Below are positions 12,236-26,372 of a stretch of 64,000 nt of DNA, in pieces (position 1 is the stretch's first letter; every line of letters begins with the position of its first letter). A model generated the notes under the pieces. That model ran no database searches. It was not told where the DNA came from and worked only from the letters and a program-made list of their open reading frames with translations. The stretch is from Heterodontus francisci (taxonomy: Eukaryota). Location of the stretch: positions 65,270,369 through 65,334,368 of the forward strand of contig NC_090398.1 of assembly GCF_036365525.1 (NCBI RefSeq), written 5' to 3'. The translations under genes were made by a program, and so were the position numbers.

Positions 12236-12774
12236 CTATTAGTTTCAGACTGAAAACTGATCAGTTTAAAGGCTATTTCAAATCTAAAGTTATTCAAAAA
12301 AAAAGATAAATTTCCGGGAGACGTACATGGATGATGAGAATCATTTTATAAATTGCATTGACTTGTTGAGTTTTAAAACTGTTTTTTTTTTTTGTATTTT
12401 GTCTGTGTTTAGCTTGCACTCTGTCCCCGTCAGTTCCTGGTCTGTGAGTGTGAGTTTACCTTATATTATTTCATTCTCTGTTATCTGAGTGTGGGTTCAA
12501 TCTTTACCCAGAGCACCGTTTGTGAACTGAACTTTACCTATCTCCCTTTTTATTATTATTTAACAAAGATCTGCACACTCTTGTTTCTGACTGTGAACTC
12601 ATTTATTAGTTTAAAGGACATGTCTTCTTTAACATAAATTTCATTGAAAGAAAATTGAAGTTCAGCATTGTGGGAGATGCACATGGATGATGAGAGTCTT
12701 TTGTAAGTTTTAATTTGGAAATCACATTGATCATTTTTAAGTTATAAAATGAAGCTTCATGATACCAGAATTGA

Positions 12775-12847
12775 GGTCTGACCCGCAGTAGAGAACTCAG
12801 GTCAACTGCTTGGAAAGCAGATATTCTCAGCACTATACCACCATCAC
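12775..12847 (-). tRNA. Degenerate tRNA-Gly(TCC) pseudogene
   Basis: Minus strand GTGATGGTGGTATAGTGCTGAGAATATCTGCTTTCCAAGCAGTTGACCTGAGTTC; 3' end decayed. Confidence 0.7.
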
Positions 12848-13339
12848 TATGTGAGTTTAACGTATGTAAATGAGTACATTATTCTGTATCATTTATTTTC
12901 TGTTATGTGACTATGTCTGGTTCCAGTTCATCATGTCAGCTTCTGGTACTCTGTATGAGGTGGGATTAATGTGGTGTATGTCAGTTTCTGGTACAGCCTG
13001 TGAGTGTGAATATATTTCTGTATCCATCAGTCTCTCAAACTGAATGTGAGTGTGGATTAATTCATTTATCATCCGTCTCCACAACTGACAGTGAGAATGT
13101 GATTCATTCAGTATCTCTCTGTTTCTGGTATTGTTTGTGAATGTGTTGCTTATTCTGTGTTTTTCTGTGACTGGTAGAGTTTGTGAGTGTGGCATTCATT
13201 CTGTACCTGTTAGGAAATATTATTGAATGGCATTGTGGACTCAGTGTTTTTTAGGCACTCCTACACTATGTGATTCAGATTTGTACTGTGTCCGTCTGTT
13301 TCACGTCATGTAATTGAGTGTGGGATGCATTATATAGCT

Positions 13340-13581
13340 NNNNNNNNNNNNNNNNNNNNNNNNNNNNNNNNNNNNNNNNNNNNNNNNNNNNNNNNNNNNN
13401 NNNNNNNNNNNNNNNNNNNNNNNNNNNNNNNNNNNNNNNNNNNNNNNNNNNNNNNNNNNNNNNNNNNNNNNNNNNNNNNNNNNNNNNNNNNNNNNNNNNN
13501 NNNNNNNNNNNNNNNNNNNNNNNNNNNNNNNNNNNNNNNNNNNNNNNNNNNNNNNNNNNNNNNNNNNNNNNNNNNNNNNNN
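13340..13581. other. Assembly gap (242 N)
   Basis: Run of N. Confidence 1.
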
Positions 13582-14737
13582 CAGTAAAGGGTTATTGGGA
13601 CGGCCGGGAAAGTGAAGTTAAACAGAATCAGATCAGCCATGATCATATTAAATGGCAGAGTAGAGTGGGGAGGCCAAATGGCCTACTCTTGGTCATATTT
13701 GTTATGTTCTTAAGCTCTTCTCTTACTTGACATGATTGTGGGCCACATTCTGTATCTTTAAATCCCTGGTCCTGTGTGTCAATGTAGGTTCATTCTGAAT
13801 TTGGCAGTCTCTGGTACAGAATGTGTGTTTGGAATTAATTCCTTATGTATCTGTCTCTGGGGGAGTGTGCAAGTGTGAGATTAATTCTGTATCAGCCAGC
13901 ATCCGTACTGTGTATGCATGTTGGACTCATTCAGTATATGTAAGTAAGGGGTACTGTGTCTGTATATGTGATTCATTTTCCATCCAATAGGCTCTGGTAC
14001 CCTGTTTCAGTGTCGGATTCAATTTGCATCTATGTGTCTCTGTGTTGTATGTGTCTCTGTGATCCTACTGTATCCTGTACTTAATATGTACCTCAAGCAT
14101 TCTGTTGGCTACTGTTTCATATTTTTGTGTATCAATATTTGTCCCTTGTGTTTAATTTAAAATATGGATTAACTATTTCATCGCGGCCTGTTTTATTCAA
14201 TTCTTGTACATGAGTTGTGAATTGGTATCCAATTCATAGCTCTTCCAAATTAACTGTGAGTGTTAATCTTTCAATCTGATACATGACCTGGTATGTACAG
14301 TCAAATTTCTCTGTATTGTAAAAAAATTGAATGAATACTGTATGTTTCTGTCTGACCCATAGTGAAATGTTTGGAATTGTTTGTAATGTGTAACTCAGTT
14401 AAAATTGTGGGGGACATATTGGGACTTATTTTCCAGCTTTCAATCAGGTAAATTTTGCCTGTTCTAGTTAAGATATCTTATTTGAAATATAGTCAAATTG
14501 ACAGAGTGTATTTAAATCTGATAATGAGTGTGTTTTTAGACTGGGTTTGATGTATCTACCAGTCAGCTGCAGTGAAAGAGAAACAACTTCAATCTCTCCT
14601 GCTCTGCTTGACTGTTGGACTGAAAATGTGTCTCTTGATCTTGGGATCAGTGTGGGTCTGACTACTTCTTTTGTCTGTTGCAGTAGAAAAGATCAGCTGG
14701 CTGTGTCACTGTGCTTTGTGAGTGACACTGTATCTAC

Positions 14738-14821
14738 CTACTGTGTGTTGGAACAAGCTGGCTGCTCTTTTCCTTGTGTCCAGGAGTCAGGGCTTTCATT
14801 CTGGTTCCTTCAAATGTTTGC
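14738..14821 (-). other. Candidate 84-nt exon of an unidentified gene (copy A)
   Basis: TTCTTCCTGCAG|GCAAAC...ACACAGTAG|GTAGAT; homologous 84-nt segments at 43736-43819 and 58776-58859. Confidence 0.5.
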
Positions 14822-14869
14822 CTGCAGGAAGAAAAAGTAATTCTTAGACTTGAAGAAAGGTCAGTGACA

Positions 14870-17800
14870 AGAATCACAGAATCATTACAGTGCAGAAGGA
14901 GGCCATTTGGCCCATCGTGTTTGCATCGGTTCTCTGAAAGAGCAACTCCCTCAATTCCATTCCCCTGCCTTCTCTATATGACCCTGCAAATTCTTCCCTT
15001 TCATACAACTGTCTAATTCCCTTTTGAATACTTCAGTCAAACCTGCCTCCACCAAATTCTCAGGCAGTGCATTCCAGACCCTAACCACTCGCTGCATGAA
15101 AACGTTTTTCCTCATGTACCTTTTGCTACTCTTATCAAATACTTTAAATTTTTGCCCTCTCGTTCTCGATCCTCTCATGAGTAGGAATTGTTACTCTCTA
15201 TCTACTCTACCCAGACCCCTCATGATTTTGAATACCTCTATCAGATCACCTCTCAGTCTTCCCTTCCCCAAGTCAAACAGTCCTAACTTCTCCAATCTAT
15301 CTTCATAACTGAAATTTCTCATCCCTGGAACCATACTTGCAAAGTTTCTCTGTACTCTCTCTGATGCCCTCAGGACTTTCCTCATGTGAGGTGCCCAGAA
15401 TTGGACATAACACTCCAGCTGAAGCTCAATTGGTGTCTTACAGAAGTTCAACATAACTTCCTTGCTCTTGTACTTTATTCCACTATGAATGAAGCCTCGG
15501 ATGCTGTATGTTTTATTAAACACATTCTTAACCTGTCCTGACACTTTCAATGATTTATGCACAGACACACCTCAGTCCCTTTGCTCCTGCACCCCCTTTA
15601 GAATTGTACCTTTGATTCTATATAACTCCTCCATGTTCTTACTACCAAAATGAATCACCTCACATTTCTTTGCATTGAACTTCATCTGCCACCGGTCTGT
15701 CCATTCCACCAACTTGTCTATGTCCTTTTGAAGTTCTGCACTATCCACCTCACATTTCACAATGCTTCCAAGTTTCGTATCATCTGCAATCTTTGAAATT
15801 GTGCACCAAGGTCTCGGAGATTAACCTATATCAGGAAAAGCAAGGGTCCAAACACTGATCCCTGGGAAACTCCATCACAAGCTTCTTCCAGCCAAAAAAC
15901 ATCCATTAACCACTGATCTTTGTTTCCTGTCACTCGGGCAATTTCGTATCTCGTTGCGACCGTCCATTTTATTGCACGAACTACATGTTTGCTCACAAGT
16001 CTGTTGTGTGGCACTGTATCAAACGCCTTTTGAAAGTCCATGTACACCACATCAACAGCATTGCCCTCATCAACCGTCTTTGTTACCTCCTCAAAAGACT
16101 TCAGCAAATTGCTTAAATATGATTTTCCCTGAAGAAATCCCTGCTGCTTTTCCTTAATTAACTCACATTTGGCGTCATAGAGTTCTACAGCACATAAATA
16201 GGACCTTCGGCCCATCACGTACATGCCGGCCATCAAGTACCTAAGTATTCTAATCCCATTTTCCAGCACTTGGCCAGTATCCCTGTATGCTATGGCAGTT
16301 CAAATTTCATCCAAATACTTCTTTAATGTTGTGAGGGTTTCTGCCTCTACCATCTCTTCAGACAGTGTGATCTACATTTCAACCATCTTCTGGGTGAAAA
16401 TATTTTTCCTCAAAGCCCCTCTAAACCTCCTGTTCCTTACCTTAAATCTATGTCCCCTGATTATTGACATCTCTGCTCAGGGGGAAAAAATCTATCCTAT
16501 CTATGCTCCTCTTAATTTTGGTTCCCTCAATCAGGTCCCTCCTCAGCCTTTTCTGCTTTAATAGTCCCTGTGACTATTGATTTTGCCCCTAATAATTTTT
16601 TCTCGACCTTTTCCCAACACTGAATTTAAACTAACAGGCCTGTAGTTGATTGGTTTATATTTGCACCCTTTTTTGAACAAGCGTGTAACCTTTGCAATTC
16701 GGTAGTCCTTTAGTACCACCCCCGAGTCTAAGGAAGAGTGAAAAATTATGGCCAGATCCTCTGTGATTTCCACCCTCACTTCCCTCAGTTTCCTTAGATG
16801 CATCTCATCTGGCTCTGGTGCTTTATCCACTTTAGGTACAGACAGACTATCTAATATTTCTTCTTTATCAATTTTAAAACCCTTTCATATCTGACTTATC
16901 TGCTCTTTCAACATGACCAAGGAAGAAGATGCAGCCCAGCCAAAGACAGATGCAAAGTATTCCTTTAATGCCTCATCTATGCCCTCTGCCTCCATGTGTA
17001 AATCCACGTTCTGGTCCCTAATCGGCCGCACTCCACCTTTTCCCACCTTTTTACTATTTATATGCTTATAGAAAACGTTGGGATTTCCTTTAATGCTCGC
17101 TGGCAATCTCATTTCATGTTCTCTCATTGCTTCTCCTATTTTTTTTTTCCCTTCCCCTCTAGACCTTCTATATTCAGCCTGGTTCATACTAATATTTCCT
17201 ACCTTGCATCTCTGAGAAGCACACTTTTTCTTCTTTATCTTAATCTCTACTTCTTTTGCCATCCAATGAGTTCTGGATTTGTTTGTTTTAATTTTCCGCT
17301 TCAAGGGAACATTCATCGACTGTGCCTGAACTATCTCTTCTTTGAAGGTAACCCAATGTTCATCTACCTGTTTTACTGCCAGCTTTTGACTCCAATTTAT
17401 TCACCCCAGCTCCATCCTTACCCCGTTGAAGTTGACTTTCCCCCAGTTAATTATTCCTACCTTGGACTGCTCTTTGTCCTTTTCCATAGTCAACATAAAC
17501 CGTATGATACAATGATCACTATCCCTTAAATGTACTCCTCATGATACTTGATCCACTTGGTCCACCTCATTCCGAAGAACCAGGTCCAACAGTGCCTCCT
17601 TTATCGTTGGACTAGCAACATACTGTTGTAGAAAATTTTCCTGAACATACTCTCGGAAATCTTGCCCCACACTGCCCTTTACACTACTATTATCCCAGTC
17701 TATGTTTGGATAATTAAACTCTCCCATTATAACTACCCTACAATTTTTGCACCGTGCTGTAATTTCCTTGCAAATTTGTTTTTCCATGTCCTACCCACTA

Positions 17801-18290
17801 GCTGGTGGCCTATAGACAACACCGAGCAATATATCTGCAGCTTTTTTGTTCCTTCGCTCGAGCTAAATTGATTCTGTCCTCGACCCCTCTGGGACATCCT
17901 TTTTCTCCAGCACTGAAATACTCTCCTTAATCAAAACTGACACCCCTCCCCCTTTATTCCCGTTCATGTTTTCCCTGAACACCTTGTATCCAGGAATATT
18001 TAACACCCAGTCCTGTCCTTCTTTGAGCGAGGTCTCTGTTGGAGCCTATTTTTCATCTTATTTCCACATGACAATCTCCGCCTGTACCTCACCAGTCTTA
18101 TTAACCACACTCCGTGTGTTCACATACATGTACCCTGAGACAGACTGCATTACTTTCTCCCTTATTCTGACCCCACCTGATAGCCTTTTATTCCCTACTG
18201 TTGTGTTATCAGTCTCGCCCAGTGTTCTGTACATCTCGGTATCCCTCTCTAATACCTGAGGCTGGTTCCCACACCCCTGACAATTAAATG
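14870..18290 (-). mobile_element. Old CR1 LINE ORF2 (endonuclease + RT) with many frameshifts and a nested CR1 3' fragment at ~16175-16557
   Basis: ORF fragments 18058, 17539, 16885, 16558, 15826, 15572, 15191 and 14951 are collinear with CR1 ORF2; (TTCTGTGA)-type tail at ~14870. Confidence 0.92.
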
Positions 18291-18499
18291 ACATAATACA
18301 AAAGTGATCAATGCAATCTTTTCAATAATCATCATTATGAACAATCGGAAACGGAAAACCAGCAACTTAAACAGTGTCTGTCTCCTGCAGCACTCTGCTT
18401 CTGCTTCCCACCTGTTTGCAGCGGTTGTGCAACGGTTTGTCACATTCAGAAACAAGCTATGCCCCTCACCGCTCCATGAAGCGGACTTCCCGATGAAGT

Positions 18500-18870
18500 A
18501 GTGACGTCTCCCTTCCCCCCTGCTCACTCCATGTTCCGAGACCAGTTTCTGCTCCACAGTGCACATTGCAAACAGACCCCGTCTCCAGCTGAACTTCCCC
18601 GCTGTTCAATGCTAATCTCTGAGCACATCGACACAAGCTCCCAAACCTGGTGTTGCTGCAGCAAGCAGATGCTGTTTGTTCACTGACCCCAGGAACCAGA
18701 TGTTTCCTTTCGCCGCTGATCTAAACAATCTTCCGCTCAATCGGTGAATGGAGCTCACAGGCAGAGCTGGGGGAGGGCTGCGCATGCCGTCTTCGCCTCA
18801 TGATGACGTCATAGTGGGCTGCGTTACATCGCGCGTGCGCAGATCTCTGCAACAATTCAGCTTCAAAATT
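18500..18870 (-). promoter_or_regulatory. Copy 2 of the CpG promoter/first-exon module (no MITE)
   Basis: TGCGCATGC, TGACGTCA, CGCGCG and CGGAAG motifs; homologous to 4777-5070. Confidence 0.55.
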
Positions 18871-18883
18871 CAATGGGAACTTT

Positions 18884-19008
18884 GGTCACTGACCCGAAAC
18901 GTTAACTCTGCTTCTCTTTCCACAAATGCTGCCAGACCTACTGAGTGGTTCCAGCATTTCTTGTTTTCATTTCAGATTTCCAGCATCTGCAGTATTTTGC
19001 TTTTATTT
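18884..19008 (+). mobile_element. Penelope-like element terminal fragment
   Basis: GACCCGAAACGTTAACTCTG...CAGCATCTGCAGTATTTTGCTTTT; paralog at 33187-33312; family assignment from recall. Confidence 0.6.
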
Positions 19009-21265
19009 GAGGGAACTTAGCCCATTTCACACACATCAATGTCTGAACAATGAAACTGAACATGGGATCTGGGTGGAGGGAGGGTGGGGAGGGGTGGAGG
19101 GAATCTATAACCTAGAAAGCCGGGAGCTGATCCCATTTAGATGTTCAAATTGCCGTCTGTCCCTGCAGGGTGGTTGTTATTATTGAGACCCTCCTCTCAA
19201 AAAAATCGGACAGAAACATGGGAGGAAGGAGGGAGTCAGTGTGTTTGGTGGGACCTTGTAGAATTAATTTCAGTCAGCAAAGGTTTCTCTAACCGGAGTG
19301 AAACACGCGGTCAATGTGAGTAATACCGAATGGCGATCTTCATCGTTTCATTCCAAACAAGAGAGACACGGAGCTGCCGCGATTATACCGGACACACAAA
19401 CACAGTGACAATAGAGCCCAACTGAGAGTTTCAGCTCCCGGTTGTTAAATGTCTTCATGTACACAGTCTTTGCTGTGAATCTCTGGGGTTAGTTGCCGAT
19501 GCAAAGCCCTGCATCCCTGAAACACTCGGAAGCAGGAGATCCTCACAGTCCATTTTGAAAGATTTATGGACAGGAATTTATCCAAACTTTGGCTGAGTCG
19601 ATCATAACCTGCTGTTCAATCATAGTATTATTCAAAGAATTAATGAGACATTCTGTTCACTACTCGGGTCCTGAACTCGGTTTGAGCAGATCAAAAAGTG
19701 AAAGGTTCAGCATTTTTCCAGATATAACAGACAGAGCTGGATAGAGGGACTCAGGGTTAATCCTGCACACACAGGGCAGTTTGTGTGACAGTCACACAGG
19801 GACGGGAAATGGTCTCGATTCCGTTGCCTACTCACCCAACAAGGACAGTTCGGGACTGACTAAACATCCAACTCACTATAATTCAGTATTGGAGAAAGAC
19901 AGAGGCTTGTCCACTTCATCTTTCCTTACTGTATCTGGGACATCATGTAAGGGAAAGTGTTCCAATGCCTCTCACTCTCAGACAGCAACTGACATGTGTT
20001 CAGACAGTCAGTGTTAGTCTTTCACTTACCATGAATAGGCGCCTCTCCAAGAACCTGTAAATCCAATATCCCGAAGCAGCTGTTCTACTCAGAACTTGGT
20101 CATGGTAGGAGAACCCCAGGAGGACAGTGGAAACACTTCAGAATTGTCCTCAAATCATCCCTCATTTGGGAAGACATTGTAATCTTCAGCGATATTTGTC
20201 AGGAACATGCAAAGGCGAACTCGACGCAGCGAAGGCAGCGAAGGCAGCACCCACACCTCCGATGCAGTGATTTACCTGACCCTTCCAGCACCACCTGTCC
20301 CCGATGTGACAGAGTCTGCAGATCATGCATTGGACTTATCAGCCATTTCATAACCCATCAAACTGGAGTGGAAAGAAGTCATCCCTGATAGTGAGGGACT
20401 GTCTGAGGTGGAAGAGAATAAATAGGCCAATATAATGATCAGTAATAATAATGAACTGGATAGGGAGGAGATCGAGAGTAGGGAGATAGAATAAGGAGGG
20501 GAAGTGGCCTGTGACGTTTATATAATGGAACACATTGACAGAGATCCTGTCCTATTTGGGTAAAGACTTATTCAAGATAGAAAAATGTAAACTACTCTCT
20601 CGCTGACATAGTGTACCAGAGACAACCTCTCTATTATTTCCAAACTCAAAACTGGACCAGATTATGAACAAATACGGTATTTCACACTGAACCACTTTTA
20701 CCTGTTGGACTCTCTGCAGATTCGCAGGACAAGGCCATTCAGATATATTTTCAGTCACTAAGAGATTCATTCTGATGACATGAAGCAGAGACTAGCAAAT
20801 GTTTAACTTTCATCCCTCAAACACTCGAACTCACTTTTAGATTTCTACGAGATCCGTTTGGCCAGGTTAGGAGCCGCCCACTCACTCCTTCCTCCGCTTT
20901 ATTCCGACCATCTTCCAGTCTCACTGTCACACACGTTAACATTAATTTGCTTTTGAACAATATAATTCAAAGGTTGTTTGCAGCGCCAATCATTGAAATA
21001 ATGATGACAGTGATTTGTACAAAACATCCCATATCCACCCTATCACCATGATTGCAACCAGACAGAATAGCGAGAGTGCAGGTGGGAAGCGAAACCAGTT
21101 TAGAAGAGACAGTATGAGAAAATATTAAAGGGTAAAACCAAAGGAAATCAAAAATCATTTATAAACAAACAAAAATTCAAATGACAGTGCAAAAAATTGT
21201 GCTTTGTTTATGGGTAAAGAAAGAAACGCTCATGTGATGGGAAAGGTAATGAAATGGTGTAATAA

Positions 21266-21470
21266 TATAAAAGCAAAATACTGCAGATGCTGGAAATCTG
21301 AAGTAAAAAAAAGAAATGCTGGAACCACTCAGCAGGTCTGGCAGCATCTGTGGAAAGAGAAGCAGAGTTAACGTTCCGATGAAGGGTCACTGACCCGAAA
21401 CATTTACTCTGCTTCTCTTTCCACAGATGCTGCAAGACCTGCTGAGTGGTTCCAGCATTTCTTGTTTTTG
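21266..21470. mobile_element. Penelope-like terminal fragments as an inverted pair
   Basis: Palindromic pair of the same ~100-bp motif; absent from the right palindrome arm (~30965). Confidence 0.65.
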
Positions 21471-22469
21471 TTCATGAAATGGTGTGTTATATGCATGTAC
21501 ACAAAAGAAAGGGGTGAAGTTAATATCCCGATATAGGAGGGGTGCAGAGTTATTGGATAGGATGAAAATGTTCTGGATAGGTTGACATCTCTTTAAGTTA
21601 ATAAGTCCAGAAAGGAAGTATCCCATATTACTGAGGGACATACCAGAAGCTCTGAGAAAAATCCTTGAATATGGAAGATGTGCCAGGTGACAGAAGGATT
21701 CCACTCCTGTTCTGGAAAGGAGAAATAAAAATCTGGTAACAAAGACCATTATTTTTGACATCAGTGGTGAATTAATAAAGGACAACCAGTACGGATTTGC
21801 TGAGGGCAAATCATGTGCAACTAACATGATTGAATTCTTGTGGTTGAAGTTACTGAAGGTAGTACAGTAATTATTGGATATATGCTCTTCCAAAGGCATT
21901 CGATCAAGTAGTGAATAACAGACTTACATGGAGAATAGAAATTCATGTAAAAAATTGACACTGGCATCCTGAGATGGTAGTTGGTTAAAGGATAGGAGTT
22001 CATTGCAGCAGCTTTTTCGGGAGCAGAGTGTGAGCGAGTGAGCAGCTGGGAAGGACAGTTTGAAAGTAAATTTAATTTCCTTTTGTTTTTCGGCGGAGGA
22101 CAGGGGGCTGCTGGGTAAGTAAAACACTATATATTTGGGCGGTTTAAAATAACTTTCCTTTCATTGCAGCAGCTTTTTCGGGAGCAGAGTGTGAGCGAGT
22201 GAGCAGCTGGGAAGGTCAGTTCGAAAGTAAATTTAATTTCCTTTTGTTTTTCGGCGGAGGCCAGGGGGCTGCTGGGTAAGTAAAACACTATATATTTGGG
22301 CGATTTCTGAACCCGAGACACCACACTTGTCGTGTCTCCCACCCGCCCTCCTCCTCTAACCAAAAAAAAAGGACTCGGTGGGGTGTTTATAAGGTAAGAC
22401 TTTTTCGATTTCTCTGGTAAAAACTTTTCGTTCCTTTTTCATTTAACTAAGTTAAGCTTAAGATTAAAA

Positions 22470-23417
22470 ATGGCAGGAGATCTCAGACCCGTGTCATGCT
22501 CCTCTTGCTCAATGTGGGAGCTCAGGGACATGGCTGATGTCCCTGACTCCTTCACGTGCAGGAAGTGTGTCCAACTGCAGCTCTTGTTAGACCGCATGAC
22601 GGCTCTCGAGCTGCGGATGGACTCACTTTGGAGCATGCGCGATGCTGAGGAGGTCGTGGATAGCACGTTTAGTGAATTGGTCACACCGCAGATTAGGATT
22701 GCTGAGGGAGAAAGGGAATGGGTGACCAAAAGGCAGAGAAAGAGCAGGAAGGCAGCGCAGGAGTCCCCTGCGGTCATCTCCCTCCAAAACAAGTATACCG
22801 TTTTGGATACTGTTGAGGGAGATGGCTTACCAGGGGAAGGCAGCAGTAGCCAGGTCCATGGCACCGTGGCTGGCTCTGCTGTTCAGAAGGGCGGGAAAAA
22901 GAGTGGAAGGGCTATAGTCGTAGGGGATTCGATTGTAAGGGGAGTAGATAGGCGGTTCTGTGGTCGAAAACGAGGCTCCCGAATGGTATGTTGCCTCCCA
23001 GGTGCACGGGTCAGGGATGTCTCAGATCGGCTGCAGAACATTCTAAAGGGGGAGGGTGAACAGCCAGTTGTCATTGTGCACATAGGCACTAATGATATAG
23101 GTAAAAAACGGGATGATGTCCTACAAGCAGAGTTTAGGGAGTTAGGAGCCAAGTTAAAAAGTAGGACCTCAGAGGTAGTAATCTCAGGATTACTACCAGT
23201 GCCACGTGATAGTCAGAGTAAAAATGAAAGAATTTTCAGGATGAATGCGTGGCTTGAGAGATGGTGCAGGAAGGAGGGGTTCAGATTTTTGGGACATTGG
23301 GACCGGTTCTGGGGGAGGTGGGACTATTACAAATTGGACGGTCTACACCTGGGCCGGACTGGAACCAATGTCCTTGGAGGTGCTTTTGCTAACGCTGTTG
23401 GAGAGGGTTTAAACTAA
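22470..23417 (+). CDS. CR1 ORF1 protein (Cys zinc finger, coiled coil, SGNH esterase-like domain)
   Basis: 315 aa; CxxC...CxxC, then GDSIVRG, HIGTND and DGLH blocks; TAATG stop/start overlap with ORF2. Confidence 0.92.
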   Translation: MAGDLRPVSCSSCSMWELRDMADVPDSFTCRKCVQLQLLLDRMTALELRMDSLWSMRDAEEVVDSTFSELVTPQIRIAEGEREWVTKRQRKSRKAAQESPAVISLQNKYTVLDTVEGDGLPGEGSSSQVHGTVAGSAVQKGGKKSGRAIVVGDSIVRGVDRRFCGRKRGSRMVCCLPGARVRDVSDRLQNILKGEGEQPVVIVHIGTNDIGKKRDDVLQAEFRELGAKLKSRTSEVVISGLLPVPRDSQSKNERIFRMNAWLERWCRKEGFRFLGHWDRFWGRWDYYKLDGLHLGRTGTNVLGGAFANAVGEGLN

Positions 23418-26372
23418 TGTGGCAGGGGGATGGGAACCAATTGAGGTCAGTTGACAGTAAGGAGGTAGTAACAAAAGCCTGTAAGGAACTAGATAATGAA
23501 GTCAGTGTGACTAAGGGGAAGAGCAGGCAGGGAGCAGATGATGAATATAAAGGGACTGGTGGTCTGAGGTGCATTTGTTTTAATGCAAGAAGTGTAGTAG
23601 GTAAGGCAGATGAACTTAGGACTTGGATTAGTACCTGGGAGTATGATGTTATTGCTATTACTGAGACTTGGTTGAGGGAAGGGCATGATTGGCAACTAAA
23701 TATCCCAGGATATCGATGCTTCAGGCGGGATAGAGAGGGAGGTAAAAGGGGTGGAGGAGTTGCATTACTGGTCAAAGAGGATATCACAGCTGTGCTGAAG
23801 GAGGGCACTATGGAGGACTCGAGCAGTGAGGCAATATGGACAGAACTCAGAAATAGGAAGAGTGCGGTAACAATGTTGGGGCTGCACTTCAGGCCTCCCA
23901 ACAGCGAGCGTGAGATAGAGGTACAAATATGTAAACAGATTATGGAAAGATGTAGGAGCAACAGGGTGGTGGTGATAGGAGATTTTAATTTTCCCAACAT
24001 TGACTGGGATTCGCTTAGTGTTAGAGGTCCATATGGAGCAGAATTTGTAAGGAGCATCCAGGAGGGTTTTCTAGAGCAGTATGTAAATATCTCCAACTCG
24101 GGAAGGGGCCATACTGGACCTGGTGTTGGGGAATGAGCCCGGCCAGGTTGCTGAAGTTTCAGTAGGGGACTACTTTGGGAATAGTGATCACAATTCCGTA
24201 AGCTTTAAAATACTCATGGACAAAGACGAGAGTGGTCCTAAAGGAAGAATGCTAAATTGGGGGAAGGCCAACTATACCAAAATTCGGCAGGAGCTGGGAA
24301 ATGTAGATTGGGAGCAGCTGTTTGAAGGTAAATCCACATGTGATATGTGGGAGGCTTTTAAAGAGAGGTTGATTAGCGTGGAGGAGAGACATGTTCCTGT
24401 GAAAATGAGGGATAGAAATGGAAAGATTAGGGAACCATGGATGACAGGTGAAATTGTGAGACTAGCTAAGAGGAAAAAGGAAGCATACATAAGGTCTAGG
24501 CGGCTGATGAAAGACGAAGCTTTGAAAGAATATCGGGAATGTAGGACCAATCTGAAACGAGGAATTAAGAGGGCTAAAAGGGGTCATGAAATATCTTTAG
24601 CAAACAGGGTTAAGGAAAATCCCAAAGCCTTTTATTCATATATAAGGAGAAAGAGGGTAACTAGAGAAAGGATTGGCCCACTAAAGGACAAAGGAGGAAT
24701 GTTATGCTTGGACTCAGAGAAAATGGGTGAGATTCTAAACGAGTACTTTGCATCGGTATTCACCGAGGAGAGGGACATGACGGATGTTGAGGTTAGGAAC
24801 AGATGTTTGATTACTCTAGGTCAAGTCGGCATAAGGAGGGAGGAAGTGTTGGGTATTCTAAAGGGCATTAAGGTGGACAAGTCCCCAGGTCCGGATGGGA
24901 TCTATCCCAGGTTACTGAGGGAAGCGAGAGAGGAAATAGCTGGGGCCTTAACAGATATCTTTGCAGCATCCTTAAACACGGGTGAGGTCCCGGAGGACTG
25001 GAGAATTGCTAATGTTGTCCCCTTGTTTAAGAAGGGTAGCAGGGATAATCCAGGTAATTATAGACCAGTGAGCCTGACGTCAGTGGCAGGGAAGCTGCTG
25101 GAGAAGATACTGAGGGATAGGATCTATTCCCATTTGGAAGAAAATGGGCTCATCAGTGATAGGCAACATGGTTTTGTGCAGGGAAGGTCATGTCTTACCA
25201 ACTTAATAGAATTCTTTGAGGAAGTGACAAAGTTGATTGATGAGGGAAGGGCTGTCGATGTCATATACATGGACTTCAGTAAGGCGTTTGATAAGGTTCC
25301 CCATGGCAGGCTGATGGAGAAAGTGAAGGCGCTTGGGGTCCAAGGTGTACTAGCTAGATGGATAAAGAACTGGCTGGGCAACAGGAGACAGAGAGTAGCA
25401 GTAGAAGGGAGTTTCTCAAAATGGAGACGTGTGACCAGTGGTGTTCCACAGGGATCCGTGCTGGGACCACTGTTGTTTGTGATATACATTAATGATTTGG
25501 AGGAAAGTATAGGTGGACTGATTAGCAAGTTTGCAGACGACACTAAAATTGGTGGAGTAGCAGATAGTGAAGGGGACTGTCAGAGAATACAGCAGAATAT
25601 AGATAGATTGGAGAGTTGGGCAGAGAAATGGCAGATGGAGTTCAATCAGGGCAAATGCGAGGTGATGCATTTTGGAAGATCCAATTCAAGTGTGAACTAT
25701 ACAGTAAATGGAAAAGTCCTGGGGAAAATTGATGTGCAGAGAGATTTGGGTGTTCAGGTCCACTGTTCCCTGAAGGTGGCAACGCAGGTAAATAGAGTGG
25801 TCAAGAAGGCATACGACATGCTTTCCTTCATCGGACGGGGCATTGAGTACAAGAGTTGGCAGGTCATGTTACAGTTGTATAGGACTTTGGTTCGGCCACA
25901 TTTGGAATACTGCGTACAGTTCTGGTCGCCACATTATCAAAAGGATGTGGATGCTTTGGAGAGGGTGCAGAGGAGGTTCACCAGGATGTTGCCTGGTATG
26001 GAGGGCGCTAGCTATGAAGAGAGGTTGAGTAGATTAGGATTATTTTCATTAGAAAGACGGAGGTTGAGGGGGGACCTGATTGAGGTGTACAAAATCATGA
26101 GAGGTATAGACAGGGTGGATAGCAAGAGGCTTTTTCCCAGAGTGGGGGTTTCAATTACTAGATGACACGAGTTCAAAGTGAAAGGGGAAAAGTTTAGGGG
26201 GGATATGCGTGGAAAGTTCTTTACGCAGAGGGTGGTGGGCACCTGGAATGCATTGCCAGCGGAGGTGGTAGATGCGGGCACGATGGAGTCTTTTAAGATG
26301 TATCTAGACAGATACATGAATGGGCAGGAAGAAAAGAGATACAGAACCTTAGAAAATAGGCGACATGTTTAG
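23417..26372 (+). pseudogene. CR1 ORF2 (APE endonuclease + reverse transcriptase), disrupted
   Basis: NARS, ITETWL, GDFNFP, SDH; RT motifs QHGF, GVPQGSVLGP, FADD; +1 frameshift at ~24090 and premature TGA at 26163-26165. Confidence 0.93.

Noticed and set aside
13275-13646. ORFs spanning poly-X
   Set aside because: Artefacts of the N gap
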